Assembly: GCA_047967505.1 (NCBI GenBank)
Contig: CM106538.1
Length of the DNA stretch: 64,000 bases
Source: Dipteris shenzhenensis
Taxonomy: Eukaryota
Direction: 5' to 3' (one strand)
Positions 23,490 through 38,589 of the stretch are shown here, piece after piece. Numbering within the stretch: position 1 is the first letter of the stretch; each line of letters starts with the position of its first letter. Below the pieces are notes generated by a model that was not told the DNA's origin, did no database searches, and worked only from the letters and a program-made list of their open reading frames with translations. Position numbers and translations under genes: made by a program.

Positions 23490-24035
23490 AATAGGTGGAT
23501 ATCTCAAAAAGAGATCTCCATATCAAGCATCGAGAAGGTTAGGGTGGAATCCATCAAAGCCATATGCTTGCTTGAGAAGCACTCTCCCTCAAGCATTATG
23601 ACAACTCAAGTGCACTTGCTTGTGCACATAGTTGATGAGGTAGCCATTGCAGGTACCGTTCATAGTCGGTGGATGTTTTTTCTTGAGCGGTTTATGAAAA
23701 CTTTGAAGGGATTTATAAGACAAAGTGCAAGACTAGAAGCAAGCATTGCAAAAGGATGGCTTCTACAAGAGTCATTATTATATATCACAGGAGCGAGAGT
23801 TATCATCTAGATGTATCATGCATGTAAGTTTCTTACCTCTTGATGTAATTAAGTAATTATTTGTGGCAATATATGCTATAAAATAGATACATCTTCATTG
23901 TTTTAATGATGCTCTTTTGCAGTACAAAAAGTACAGTGCATTATGGTCATATGGACGACATTTTTGCATGGAACGAATCATTTCAAAGAGAGTCACATAT
24001 GATTGTGGAGTCATGGCTAACTTTAAAAATAAGAA
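23490..24035 (+). mobile_element. CACTA TnpD/Tnp2 transposase remnant (DUF4218-like region)
   Basis: AICLLEKHSPSSIMTTQVHLLVHIVDEVAIAGTVHSRWMFFLERFMKTLKGFIRQSARLEASIAKGW is a typical En/Spm transposase motif. Confidence 0.85.
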
Positions 24036-25192
24036 AGTGATCATTTGTGAACATTTTTCCTTTGAATTTATTTTTGTTAGAGCTGACTCTAGAACATTTA
24101 ACTCAAAACTATAATTTATACAAATATACACCTTACCAAGAGGTCAGTTTTTAATACATATCAAGTACATACCTTGATGCATAGACTTGTGAGGTTGACG
24201 TTCACATTTGTGAACATCTAGCAAACATTGAGGATTGAAAGAGGACTGTTGCATTGGGTGAATTTGATGATGTCAAAGGAGTGTCAAAGAGGATGATATG
24301 TTGGACGACCTACATGTAACCTAATATATGCAGGGCCTATCCAAGTACGCTGATATGGAGGGCCTATCCAATGACTTTGATGGAACATGAAAGAAAGAGG
24401 GATACGATTTGACAAGGACTCTGAGGAAGGTGGCTACTATAGTGAGTAACAAGGATGGCATGCTACTCTCTAGAGCCTTTTTGGGGTTGGGTAGTAGTGG
24501 TCATCCAAGCACATAGATGAAAGCACATGATCTATATTTGTCCTAGTCCTACACGAATTATGATACATCTAGTGTAAATATTTATGGAACATCTAGTCCT
24601 ACACCAACTATGAAAAATCTAGTGTAAATCTTTATCATGAATAGAAATAGAACCAAAATAAAATAACAATATTTGGGTATTGATAACTAATATAAAGTTA
24701 CCATACTATGAGCCTCTTTTTTGAAAGCACCAACAACAAATGCTACTTACTAGCACTATGAAATATCACAAATGTCCATAGGGAGGAAGGGGGGAGGAGG
24801 TAGTCAATTTAGCTATCTAAGCATATGTGAAGGCCTTCTCATCATCAATTGAGCCAACCATATTCAATCATAATGGATATTAGCAATAGTGAGTGAGTAA
24901 TCCCTTTTTGGAACATTATCTATCATCTTATTAACTCTTCCAATGATAACCTTGTACAACCTTTCCTTCATAGGATTAGTATAGTAGTAGGGATTTGTGT
25001 CTTCACTATCATTGGATATACTTTCTTTTAGTAATCTCCTCGTCTTCTCTTTCTTTGCCCTCTCTAGGTGTACCACAAACTTTTGTGGACAATTATATTG
25101 TGCTGATGTGTATATGCATATTATGCATGAGACAGAGAGAGGGCGGGGGGGGGGGGGGGTCATGGTCACTAAGAGAAAGGAAGAGTAGTACT

Positions 25193-25194
<2 letters not shown>

Positions 25195-25231
<37 letters not shown>

Positions 25232-25275
25232 GCAGGGGGGGCTTGAGTGTCAGGTTGTGCGAGGGTGGGAAGAGA

Positions 25276-25336
<61 letters not shown>
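25195..25336. repeat. (GA)n microsatellites
   Basis: Two (GA)n runs, with a poly-G run nearby at ~25145-25159. Confidence 0.95.
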
Positions 25337-28300
25337 CTATTTTTAGACTATTATTTTCTAAATAAACTATTTTTAGGAAAATTCCCCTATATAAAGTGCA
25401 TATTGTATAGTTCACACTCTCAGTTTTAGGGCAAAACCCCCTTTATATTGTTCACACAATTGATTCATTTGTATTGTTCACACCCCTAATTTTAGGGCCA
25501 AATCCATTTTACATAGTGCACTACTATTGAGTCATTTGCACATGCATTGTACTGTTCACACTCCTGGGTAACCCTCGAGTAGCCTTGCTTTCCACATCCT
25601 TCTCCTTTGTCTTCCCTAGCATTCTCCTACACTCATGGCTTCCCCTAGAAAAGCCTTTGACCACTGGATTTCATTGATTTACATGCTTAACAGACCAAAT
25701 GTACCATATCTTTTACAAGCCAATCCATCTTGCATTGACCTTGAGAAGTTTCCTTCCTATTAATGCTCCCTCTCTTCAATTTTTTTATAGACTTATCCAT
25801 TTGCAATTTCTCACAATTGCTACCTCCCCTTGTCAATGAGTTCCTTTCGATATTTTGAGCTCTCTAGACTGGAGTGATAACTTTAAGAAGACTATGGGTA
25901 CGGCCATGGATAATGTCCCTATATCTCTCCATGATTATGATATTCCCCTTAGGGATGATTCGTACTGTGGAACATTTCAATGCAACTAATGCATAGGAGT
26001 TTGTGACACTATAGGGATAACTACAAGGGAATATCAACTTATATTTAAGAGCTTAAAAAGCATGCCTTTCTATGGGAAACAAAATTTAAAGCCTTGCTTC
26101 CAAAACCAACCGATGTTGATAAATCAAGGCATGCTCTCGATTTGTGTGTACTAATTGATTTAGTTGGTGAGCCTTAGTGGGGCCTTAGCATGTATGTAGT
26201 ACACTAACTCTAAAAGAAAAGGTTGACCATTAAACTTTCATCAAGCTTAGTACGATCTGTAGTTCATCATTCTATTCTATCGTAGGCAAATTATAAAACT
26301 TCACCATGGCTTGTAGTACTCTTATCACAAAGTCATTATTGACTGTGAGTTCTAGTTCTTTAGACTCACTAATCCCCAGGGAGGTCACTAACAAATATGT
26401 AAGATAGCACATGCGATCAACAGAAGAGGTTTTATATTTTTATGGAGTTACCAGACATAAGGGATTTTTTAACTCAAAAAGTGAAAGTGTTCATACATAA
26501 GGTATGCTTTAATCATCTCAAAATTTACAGAAGGGGTGTATATAGGTTATAAAAATCTGTAGGTAGGAATTTTTTCAAATATCCTCTTATCGCACATGCT
26601 ATACAATGATTTTACATAGTGCCCCCCCCCTGCAGAAAGAGTTATTTTAATATTTAGGAATAGAATACTAGACCTTTAAGTTGACCTTGATTATGCAAGG
26701 CAATTTAGTGTGACATCAGACCAAGAGATTTTGTGGCTAGCTGCATTTGAGGTAACATGGAAATTTACATTCTGATTTGTTAATGGAAATTACAATATTT
26801 TAAAATAGAATTGAGTTGGTTTTGTGGGTGTTGAAGGAGTCACATTTGATTTTGAAGTGGTTCTTTGACCAAGCTAAAATCCAAGTGTGATCAAATGTCA
26901 TAAACATGGTGAGCTACTTGAAGTTGAGGATATGGACCCTACCACATGGAATGGCATCTAGTTGTTGACATCAACATTATTAAATACATGTTTAATGTGG
27001 CACAAGGAGAAAATTAAATGCAGCTTTGTCCATTGTACATGCAAAAGAGAGTACCATTGCAAGCAAGTTAAAGAAACCAAAAGCAATGGGTTCTTAAACT
27101 TCCAAAGGTCAATCAAAGTAACGCATTGGATTGCAATGCTCTATGGAGACATCCATCATGAAACCCAATCTTGAAATTCCTTTTGGGAGAGTACTCATTT
27201 GTGTCCTTCATTCTATTGTTAAAATAATTGAAAAGTTAGTTCACCTATACATCATTGATGCATATAACTTGAAACCCCAATGAGAGATTGAGAGGATGAT
27301 AGCAAGGATTGAAAAGGTTCTTTCAAATATGGGACTATGACTCTGGATAAGTAAATATTTACAAAAGATGAGAAAAGGTCTAAAATAATAGGAAAGGTTC
27401 CATGTAAGCCAAGCTTTGGTGGTGTCAAGGCTGTATAATTTTGTTTTGCAAAGAATAAAATGACAAGATCAAACATGGTGATGAGTTTGATGTATGGGGA
27501 AATTTACTCAATGCCTATTGTGAAGAGGAGGAATGGGTAACAAAAGATTTGAAAAAGCTTGAGTTTGATTAGCTCTTGATACCTTACCTCCTCTACAAAA
27601 GAAAAGGTTTGAAAATGATGATGCAAAGTGTTTCATCAATGTTGTGAATGACTTTAGCCAGAATATGGTTATTGCTTCAGGAAGAATCATTTCACATAGT
27701 ATAGTAATATGTAGTTTGGATATTGAGATGTCCATATTGAATGGTCCCATACTAGGCTAATTTGTTTTCCTATATGGTAGCATATTCTAGATGCTCATGC
27801 ACTATACATGGCATAGTATTATGGAAGCATTGGAGTGTGGTCCAAACAAAGCATGGAAAAACTACATTGGCAAGTATGTTGTGCATATAATAGAGCAACA
27901 GAACACAGGAAAACTAGCATTCAAAGAGCCATTAGTGTCCCACATAGTACGAGACTCGTGCGAGATGTCACCCAAACCCAAAGACCCACCCAAATAGAGG
28001 CACCCAACAAGGCACCCACCTAGATTTCTATCTAAAGATTCGCTTTTGATGGACAAAGATTCAAGAAGAAGAGAAAACTGAAGAAGATGACGATAAAGAA
28101 GTAATGTGATGAGTAGAGTAGAGGATGTAGCAACATTAATTGAATGAGAAACTCCATCAAGGTAGAACAAAAGGGGAGACAAGATCCACAATTCCAACCT
28201 TAACATTGGGGGAAAAAATGAATAGGGTCCACCTCATATATGCCCATAAGCACCAACCGCCACTCTATCTAGGCCAGAGACCTCTCACTTGAGGTCCTTC

Positions 28301-30599
28301 TCTAGTGAGGAAGCATAGATTCAAGCTGGGAACTATGGCACTTTGGGAGATCCACAAGTATTAGAAGTCTATCATTGTCCTTACCCCAAAGGCAAGATTT
28401 TTTTAAGTTGTATGTGAGATCATGCAAGACCTTAACAACAACCAGATGTCTAGATGGTCCAAGTGAGAGATCATGAAAGCCCATTAGTGTATAATAGTAG
28501 ATTCCCTACTTGCCTTGTAGTACACAACCAAGGCATATTCAATAGACCTCATGTATGATGTCTAGATGGCTTCCATCCATAGGATTAGGGTCACCACCAT
28601 GAGTCAAAAGATATGTAGTTTATTGTATGCCTTAGGTGATCCAAGGATAGTTAGGGTTGGTATGTGTTATACACCTTGGGTGATGATTAGGTTTGGGAAG
28701 TGTACTATGCCTTGGGTAGTGTAGAGATGCAAGTGTCCTCAATCTTGTGTATCATTCCTATGAATATAACAAAGTTACTTCTTTCACATCATATGCTATC
28801 TATGTATTTTTCTTTACAATCTCCAGTTTACTTACATGCAATTTGAAAATAGAAAATAATAATATGCATGTGTTTGCAATCTCTATTCTACCTACTTGCA
28901 ATTTAAAGAAAGCAAATAATATTCAACAACGAACAAAGAAATCAATTCAAAAATATAGTGTACATTGATAAGGAGTGAGACTAGGGCACATATTACTCTA
29001 GCCGACACTTTGTTCAATTGGGTTTTGCACCCTTAGCATTTGAGAAGAAAGGATTCAACAATTTCTTTTTAAATTGCTTGGGCATTAGTGACACCAACTA
29101 GCCTTGCAATGGCCACAACACTATAGAGGGGTCCAAATTTTATGTTTAAGAGTAGAAACAAAGCAACCCTAACTACAAAATTGACATTGTGACACATGGC
29201 CTTCATCTTCACATTCGACTAAAGAACCTAGACTTCATTATCTTTAACTTTCATTTAACAAAAATTGCCAATGGAGGACAAATATGTGTGGAGCCACTGC
29301 CAATATAGTGATCAATTGAAGCCATTGTTCCCCCAATTGATCCTCTACTCCCACCCTTGTGCATACCAATCATTGATCAATATTACATGAAAACCCTAAA
29401 CCCTAATTTTTTATTATATTTCATTATGCAAAAATTGTACCATGCCATTCATACAGTAGAGTATAGTCGGTGAAAAAACAAATTAGAAAAGGGCATGGAA
29501 GCATGAAATCCGGTACTATGTGACTAGGAGCTACTTTTTGCAAAAGGTAAGTCCTAGTCACATGGTATTAGCATGCTAAACCTAATCATGAATGTAAATA
29601 AATTAGCACATGTACATGATAAGTTGGTAGAAAACAAAACCGATATCACATACAAAGATATTACATAAACAATAAATAAACTGAATTGCATTTAGCAAGT
29701 TTAGAGGCACACTTGACTTAGTAAATTACATTAAGAAATTAAAAATCACATTTGAAAATGACAAACATTGTTAAACTATTAAATGTAAAATAAATCAGAA
29801 TCTTGTGAATGAAATGTAGCAAATTCCTCCTTATTTGGGACTTATATTGTCAAAGATTCATGTCAATTGAGCAACTCCCTGTTGTATCCTTCCTCTCCCC
29901 CCACTGCTTGCCTTTTCCTCTGCTCTCTACCCCCCTTCCTTTTGCTACCAAATGCACTGAGATCAAGGTGCAAAAATTCACATCTTTATCAAGCATTAAT
30001 CCATACTGTAAGCCATACCATTCCATACAACTTGTTTGTACTTTTGTCGGTACACAACAGGCTACTTTGTCTATATGACTTGGTTGTTTATATGGTGGAT
30101 AGTAACTAGGGTCCTATTGCCCTATACTTTTGTATACAATTGTGCCATACAAATTGTACCAATCATGTGCATCTGATGTGATCACTCAAGGGTAGGTTTC
30201 ACCTCAATTTTTGTGCCTTATACTAGCTCTACTAATTTGTCCAATGCTTGGAGCTAGCTTGGTTCAAATGTCTCTTTTGTGGCTCAATAGATCTATACAT
30301 GGTAGCTTCCTAGGTATTTCTCTTCCTTAGCCTCTCTTATCCCTCATCCTTCATCCCTCTCTAGCTCTACCCCCCAATCCAAGCTCTCCCCTAAACCCCT
30401 CCTTCCTCTCTCCCCTCATCCCCTCAACACCTCGCCCCCTCCTTCCTCTCTCTCCTTAGATGCCCACTCCTCTTTACCTAATACTCTCATTCCTTTCATC
30501 CCCTCTCACCTCCCTTCAACCCCTTCAACCTTTTGTTTTCTCTTCCTTGCATCCTCCTTCTTAGCCTTTCCCTTATCCCACTTCCCGCTCTGCATCTCT

Positions 30600-32900
30600 T
30601 CGATGGATATATATCTTAATGGTTTGAATCAGCCTCTTATCCTTTCTTGACAAGTGGCAACCCATCTAGTAAATCATCACCCACTTCCATCGGCCAAGAC
30701 AACATGTTTTTCTTAAAAGACAAGCTGCTATATTCGCAAAAAGATGTGGAGTGGAATATCTCTACTACTCTCTTCACACACATCCATGGTTCCCACCCTT
30801 CAAGATCTTAGGCTAGGGATTGCTGGATTCTTGCAACCTTATCTGAGGACATTGCCCAACACCTCATCAAGATTAGATTACTGAGATGAAGAATTTTTTA
30901 GGTGGATTTTGACTCTCTTGGGGCTACAAGCTGCATTGTGCTCAATTCTAGTTCCTTACTTCTCGGCTCTAGGAAGATCCTATTCAAGCCCTTCTCTCTT
31001 AGTTTCAACACTATAGAGAAGGATATGAAAACAATGCCTCTCTTCATTAGATTTCAAGGTTTGGCTTAGGTGTATCATAGGCTCCTTGCCACTGATTTTT
31101 GACTAGTCAACACTGAGATCCCCCCCCTCCCTAGTTTTCCCTCTTTAGTGGTAGAGGTGATTAGATCCAATGGGCATTAGGGAAATTTTGAGCTCAAAAA
31201 GGGTCTCATAAGGATAGGATTAGGGGATTGGTAATCTCCTTAATATCAGGGGGGAAAGAATGCAATCATTGCAAGTATTTTATGAGTCAATGAGAGTTTT
31301 CACTATTTGACTTCTTTGAATGTGCAGATGGATCAAAGGGCTCAAAAATGGCTCTCAATTAAGTTGAAGGGGCGTTTTTAGCCAGTGAATCATGTATGGA
31401 TCTAAATTAGATGGTTGGAGAAGGGAATATCATGCAAAATATTTGATGAGCAAAAGATCCTCTGGCTCTTAAAGGCTCACAGGCGGGTGACCCTACATAT
31501 GCCATGTGTCCAACTCCCTCATGTTAAGACCACATTAAGGATTAGATCTAAAAGAATCTAATGGTTGAAAACCATCAGCACTACAAGTGATAACACATTT
31601 AAGTTATTTCCATAAAAGGGAACCCATCTGCTACCATGAGGGAGGACTCACTCGTGTGCATGCCAAATGTCGTGTCTGTCGGTTTTGCCCATGATACAAT
31701 TGAGCACGACCATCAGATCCCTCTAGGTCTAATAATGCTAACTACTAGAAGGTGGCTGAATCTCCACATTTAATGATCTTTCCATCCAATGGTGTGTGTG
31801 AGGAACTAATCCCTCACCTTTAGATATGCCTCTCATCTAAGGGCCCAGAAGCCACCGCCAGCCAAGTGGCCACCTTGAAGGATGCACCACTAAGAAATCC
31901 TAGGTATCACGTGCGTTCAAGGCGTATTTAAAAAACCCCTCAACTAAAATTTTTTCTCCAATACAACTACTTCTCTTTACTTGTAAACTATTGGATTTTT
32001 TCCCAAAGTTGAATTTAAAAACCCCTCCTGTTATTGTAAGCCTGTAAAATTTTCCCCCAAATTGGGATTAAAATACTCCTCCTTTTGAATGCACATGGTA
32101 CACTAAATTTTTTGGATGTGAACCCCTCGAGGTGGCTGCCTCATTAGCTGTATGGGTTGCCATGCAATACCCCGAGTTAAAACCTTATGATTTGCTTTCC
32201 ATCTAAGGGTGTGCATGCAATGCCTATCCCTCACTGTAGATCTTGGACTCTATCTAAGGGATTAGATGCAGCCATGAAGATGTAATAATTCATTATTAAT
32301 GTGGAAGCCATAATAAGAATTTGAGCCATTGGATTATTGCAACTACGCACACTCTCAACGGCTAGGATCAAACTAAGGCATTGTGAATCATCAACCTTCA
32401 AGGTTCAAGCTAAAGTGGCAAGAGATAAATTGGACGTCTTGTCAGTTATCCCACCAATCAAAAGTGGACGAAAAACCTCCATTATCTAAATGCTCAAGAT
32501 TTCCTATTGGCCAACCCCTTAATCACATTTCTTAAGGTCCTAATCCAAGAGGCCCTTTTTTAGCTCAAATTTCCCCTAATGGGTACCTAGAGCTAGGGTC
32601 ATTGACTCTGACCCTAATATTACCAATGACCACATCATGCTTCAACTCCTGGATGTCTCTCTTTTTTAGTAGAGAGTTAAGATTGTAGGAATGCAAGATC
32701 AGTGCCATATGTCTAGGGTCTTTGGGCATTTTGTTAGAGATTGCCCAAAGAAGAAGAAAAGAGATAAGAATCTCGTGGTGCAGCTCCTTCTCATACTTTT
32801 TCCCACTGACTGTCTAGAAGAGGAAGATAACTTTGCAGTTGTTGCAGATTCTAGGGAGAACGAGGAAGATGACCCATACTTTCTATTGTAGTGCACAAAA
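30600..32900 (+). mobile_element. Highly decayed LINE ORF1-like remnant, split by an inverted-repeat insertion
   Basis: Pyrimidine-rich 5' region, decayed coding sequence, and a degenerate knuckle QDQCHMSRVFGHFVRDCPKK at ~32700. Confidence 0.35.
31165..32590. mobile_element. Non-coding element with long imperfect terminal inverted repeats (MULE/MITE-like)
   Basis: CATTAGGGAAATTTTGAGCTCAAAAAGGGTCTC..GGAT at ~31175-31220 is an imperfect inverted match to ATCCAAGAGGCCCTTTTTTAGCTCAAATTTCCCCTAATG at ~32543-32581. Confidence 0.5.
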
Positions 32901-33267
32901 CCTAAGTACAAGGTTGAGGAAACATTTAAGGATAACTGGGGAACAACCTATGATAGTGGGATGTAGTAGTTGGAGCTTTTTGGTACAAAAAAACATCCAA
33001 GAGATGTCGCAATTATGAACTGCTATGTAAGAGTCCACAAACATGTGTGTACTCTCATCTAATAAGAGCTATTAAGTTCCAGATGCAACTTGTGCCACAA
33101 CAAAAGAAGGGCAAGAGTTTCTTCAAATTGGATTTAGAACACATGAGCACATCTTGGGGTGTCTTAGAGCGGTGGACGAGGACGACTGAGATAATACAAA
33201 GAAAATTTATGTAGTCTCATTGCAAGGAAACAATATGTCCACTTGTTTGAGACTGCTTCTTTTGAAT

Positions 33268-33810
33268 ATATCCCAAACAACCACCGTGCTGGTTTTATTA
33301 AATTGTTTTTGTAAATCCCAAACAGTTAAAACCCATGCTTGTTTTTAGTATATCCCAACAACCACCGCACTGGTGGCTATTAATATCCTAGTGTAAACCA
33401 ACCACTGTGCTAGCGATAACTTATCATGCACTAATCCTACACTACTACCATGCTATCCCTACAATACTACCATGCTATCCTAAAATTTGTTGGATAGTGT
33501 TATACTAAAACAGTGCCCTTTACATTGTTTATCATTTCGTTAACTGTCAGATTTCATCCCATGCTTGCTTTTAGTATATCCCAACAACCACCGTGATGGT
33601 TTCCCATAATGAATCCACAAATCCTACAAATCCATTCATCTTGTAATAATAGAAGCAAACCACCACACTGGTTGCTGTTAATATCCTAGTGCAACCAAAC
33701 ACCGCGCTAGTGATAACTTATCCTACACTACTACCATGCTATCCTAAAATTTATTGCACAATGCTAGTGCCCTTTAGACTGGTTATCATTAACCGTCAGA
33801 TTTCAACCAC
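33268..33810. repeat. Repeat cluster (ATCCCAAACAACCACCG motif plus a ~140-bp direct duplication)
   Basis: The motif recurs at ~33269, 33350 and 33577, and in inverted form at 39042-39165. Confidence 0.7.
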
Positions 33811-34789
33811 CAGGCTACTTAAAACATTTATGTACTAACATGGAAGCAGGTCGATATAAAATCAAGTATTACGTGCACCATGAGAATATCCACAAGTTTA
33901 AGAAATGTTTGCAAGATTTTTATTATTTCAAAACACAATGACATTTTTCTTTTTCAAGGAAATTCCAGACTCCCAAAGTCTATCTTATTAGCCTCTCTAT
34001 GGCAAGCATCTCCCAGCTCTTGAGGCCAGTTTGCTGCAAAATAGCAGATCTCTTCACACACTCGAATTATACATGGCTTGCTTGACTCTACCGACTTATA
34101 TGCCCATACTAACTCCTCCTTTTGCTGGGGGTCCTCTTCATCCTGGTCTTTACACTCTGTACATCTTTGTGCCTCTATCATGTCCTGCCAAAAGAAACCT
34201 ACATCATGAGCTTGACAAGTACCTTAAAGGAGTAGGAAAAACAATAGCCATGGAAATTAATACTCATCGTCAGTGCTGACTCCAAGTAATACACCCACCA
34301 CTGAAGCATGTCCTTCTTGTAGTTATTTTCCTCCTTCTCCGAGTCTGTTTCTGTGAGGCTGCCATCCAACATCGTTTTTAGATAGTACAAAAGCATTCCA
34401 ATGTCTTTTGGGTATGCCATAGATTCGCAGTAGGTGGATCAGTGTACAAAGTTTGGATCGGTGTACAGAGTTTTAGGGCTAGATTTTGTAATGGGCTCTT
34501 AGTTGTGTCTGCACTACAATTAAATAGGGAGAGAGTTCATTGAGCCTGACCTTCTCATTCTTCAGTCTCATGTTAGTTGTCTAATTAAAATCTTTCATCT
34601 CACATACTATCACTAATCAAAATCTTTCAGTCTCACATTACTTGTCAAATCGAAATCTTTTGTCTCATTATTATCATCACACTAGCGTCGATCAAAGGAC
34701 ACTATCTAGTCACATAGGTAAGAAAACATTGCCCAAGTAAACTCTGGAGAAGATTAATAATTCAATAGATTACACACAAATTACATAGA

Positions 34790-36720
34790 TTACATTCTCA
34801 AAGACTCCTTTACTTCAGATCTCATCTCAAGGACTCCTTGTTGAGCTCCTTGATTGCGGACTTGGCCCTCCTTGCTCCTTTCCAGAATGGGACTGGTTCC
34901 TTTTTGCAGGGGCCTGGCCCCTCCCTTCATGCTGCTTCCTCTTTCCTTGATTTGAGCTTCCTGGTTGCAAGCTCAGCCATTCTTGCTCCTTTCCTAAAGG
35001 GGGCTAGTTCCTCCCTTCAAGCTTCTTTTCCTCACAGTCACGCTTGGTCTTGGCTTTCTTCAATTTGAGCTCCTTGTCTTTAATATCTTTTGCCCAAATG
35101 GCAAATTGAGTTGCAACATCTACTTTCTCGTCATAGATAGCTGTAGTGGCAGGCACATTTGATATGTCCATGACCTGGGAAATGGCAAATGGCATTCTCT
35201 ACATAGAGATTTTGTATACACAAACACTCCAAAGCAAAAAACGTGCACAAGGTGGTATCACGTAGGCCATCAAATACAATAGTCATCTATGATGGGAGTA
35301 TGGCAAACCATGCATTTTGAACCTTGCTGCATAGCAGGATAGGCATCCGATTTAACTATTGCGGCTGTCAATACCACAGTCTTGCTTTGTACATGACAAA
35401 GTTGCTTCTTGATTCCTTTCTCCCTCATCCTAAGGCTACGGATGTTCTCCTTCATCTCCTCCACTTTTTGCTCACTTTATGCAACAGCTTCATCTGAATC
35501 CCTCAGCATCTATTGAAGCTGCATAAATTGTTGAAAAACATCTTCATGGGCTGTTTCCAAGAGTTCCACTCTAGTTTGGAAATCTCTCAAGATGACGGAC
35601 TACTTTTCATAATCATCAAAAGCCTCGGCAAGCTCATGCAAGCGTCTATCATGATCTTCTTGCAGAGTCTTGTAGCTTGCTCTTTGGACTTCCAACAGTG
35701 TTTTAAAAAAACAACCCTCACCGACGGCTGCTACAAATTGTTGCACCGTGGTGCTTGGAACTTCCTCCACTGTGGTAGGTGGAAATTGCTCTCTACATCC
35801 TTCCTAGCCTGGGGAGCTGCCTCATTGTCTTCTCCACCCAGGCTCCTCTCTACCCCATCCTTTTTGGCCTTGAAGCTCTCTCACAGTTCCTACATCACCT
35901 TTCTGGTTTTTGCATTCTCCCTTTTTAGCTCCTCCATCATTTGGTCTTTTTCAATGTTCAATGCATTTTGCATGTTGCAGAGTCATTTGTAAAGACCCTC
36001 CTTTTTGCCTTTCTGATCTTCAAGATCCTTTCTAGCTCCTTGTCTGCCATGTCGCTATCATTTCTCACTTCTTCGAGCCTATCTCATAGCTCCTTCATGT
36101 GCATCTCTGCTTCCTCTATTCTATGCCTTTCTATTGCGAGACCAATTTTGTAGCGGCCTTAGCTTGGTCTTGTGCCTGCAAGGCCCTCGCTTGTGCCTTC
36201 TCTACCTTGGCTTTTGCACCTTCCCTGATACTTTTCTCAAGTTGTGTTGCCTTCGCTGCATTGGTGGCTTTCTCTTGTAGAAAAGTCACCTTCTGAGACA
36301 TTTTCTTATCGTATTGCTCAAAAATCCCTTTGAGGGTAGATGCCTTCAGGTGTATTGCAACTCCAGCGGACTGAGATGACAATAAGGATTTGCCATCCAT
36401 GCAATTCTTTAGGTTGGTTAACATGCTCTTGGAGATCGCTCTTGAGAAAGATACATCACATCCTTTCAGTTGCTCTACTGCTGCTTGAACCTGCCAGAAC
36501 TTGCAAGTTCCTCTCGTATCTTGAATGGTCTTCTTCAGCACATCTTGGAGGTCTATTGGCACTCGTAATCTTGACTCCACCATCTTTACTAATCTAAGCA
36601 TTGGGGTATATGTCTAGAATTTTCTGTCTCTTCCACTACTTCTCAAAAAAGTGTGCTTGCAAACTGCCTCCAGAAATTCCTAGAGCATTTTCAATCATGC
36701 TTTCATTGATGGTAATCTTC
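34790..36720 (-). pseudogene. Decayed intronless ORF: long K/E-rich coiled-coil and RING-H2 finger
   Basis: 35170-35315 (minus) reads CMVCHTPIIDDYCI*WPT*YHLVHVFCFGVFVYTKSLCRECHLPFP, a RING-H2 pattern with stops. Coiled-coil ORF pieces flank it. Confidence 0.55.
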
Positions 36721-36801
36721 TGACCTTGACAGACTAGTTGCCCCTGTTAGATATCAATGCTCCACTCTCGTGTAACTACATGAGAACTAGCTAACTCTAC
36801 T

Positions 36802-38345
36802 TGTAAGCCCCCCATATGAGGAGAAGGCATTTGAGTAGCTCGGTTATCCGGTAGGTCTTGGTTTGGATACCAGATGGGGGCCATGTGTGGCCTGATGGCT
36901 GGACGGCTTCAGATAGAGTTGGCACACTGCCAACTAGGCTACATTCAAGTGCAAGAAGGCATCCCATGACTGATCGCACTGAGGGTAGACTGAGCATTTC
37001 TAGAGGTAGCCCACTCTCAGGCTACGGGGCCCATTTGGAAACCTAGATGATCCCGGATGGCTCCGGCCGAACGGAGACCATAGGTAAGTTGCTCTATTCT
37101 ATGCCATAATTCTAACGTGTGGTTGATGGCCTATTTCGGGACCAACCTCTAGTCGACCATTTTGGGCCGATTGGGTCAGTCTCCCAATTGGGTCTAATTG
37201 ACTACGACTGGTGGCTATATAAGAGCAAGCCCGTGAAGCCCATCATCATCACTGGCTATAGCAACCCTGATTCCTTAGCATCTAACCTCCGTTCTCTACT
37301 GTTTCCAGCATGCCATCGAAGCTTCTCACACAAGAGCGCACGGCTGGGAGGCAGCGCCATCTATTGTATCAGTTTTACAGTATTCAAGTTTTTGATTCTC
37401 CGTACTATCTGCTTTTCTCTCTTGCATACGAGATCCTGTTATTTGTTGAGCATAGACGTTGTATTGTTTTCTTACATGGTATCAGAGATTGGGCTCTAGC
37501 AAGAAGATTTGGTAGTGTGTTTCTATTTGTGAGCAGATTGTGAGAGATGGCCCAGCCCGCAAGACTGCGAATCCCACCGTTCAGCGAAAGTGAAAAGTTG
37601 GACGGCACTAACTATCCACTCTAGAAGTTCAAGATGAAGACCATCCTAAGCACATATGAGCTTTAGGATACTACTATTGTGGTGGACATGAAGCCAGTTG
37701 CGAGATCGAATCCAACCAATGTAGGACAATAGATAGTACCAATTGCGGATGAGATTCTCATGTGGACAAGAAGAAATGCAGATGCGTTGTGTTCTATTGT
37801 CTGCAGTGTAAGTGATTCTATCATGGCGTTAATTCAACATGTCACCACAGCGAAGGAGGCATGGATGGTCTTGAAAAAATCAGTATGAGACCATGAATCA
37901 GATGCGAATTCAAAATTTAGAGACTCAACTCATGAACAAGAAACTGTCTGAGTTTGAAATGGCAGAGAAGTTCATCACTAGGGTGAAGAATCTGTGCAAT
38001 TAGATGACTGCGATTGGCATCACCATCACCAATGAGAATCTAACACGAAGGTGTATATGGATTCTCCCACCAAAGTACGACGGTCTTGTTACGACATTGA
38101 ATACACAGAACAGAAATCCACCCCTCAACTTTGAGGATTTCAGCGCAATGCTTTTGGAGGAGGAAATGCATCAAAAGATGAGGACTGGAGAAGATTCGAC
38201 TTTCTCCGCTGGATCAAAGAAAGGTAAGGGTAAGGACTCTAGTAACCCATCTTCTTCTGATGATAAAAAGAGAAAGAAGAAGATCAAGTGCTTCTATTGC
38301 AACAAGGCAGGGCACAAGCAGAATGAGTGCCGGAAACGAACGATC
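36802..38345 (+). mobile_element. Truncated, decayed copia-type element: 5' LTR (36802-37476), PBS and gag pseudogene
   Basis: TGTAAG...CTTACA termini followed by TGGTATCAGAG (37477-37487). gag from 37547 (EKLDGTNYPL*KFKM) has stops and frameshifts and the knuckle CFYCNKAGHKQNEC. No pol or 3' LTR was found. Confidence 0.85.
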
Positions 38346-38589
38346 ACGAGATGGTTGCCATGGGAGAATTTCTTGGTCATCAGAGCCAAGATCATAATAA
38401 TTCAATGGGATGAGGGGGGAGGAGCGGTGGCATGTACACCCAGCTTTGCTAGTAGCCCAGCCTAGCGTAGGCAGTCATATACATCATCATCTGGCCCCAT
38501 GACATGCGATTAGATGGTTGCTCATGACGTGCGATTAGATAGTTTCTCGATCATCGAAAAATTCTAAAAGTTTGATATGTTCTTACATT

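Noticed and set aside
25600-30300. Scattered short ORFs, including a Cys-rich stretch near 29100-29220
   Set aside because: AT-rich decayed sequence with no sustained reading frame or assignable family.
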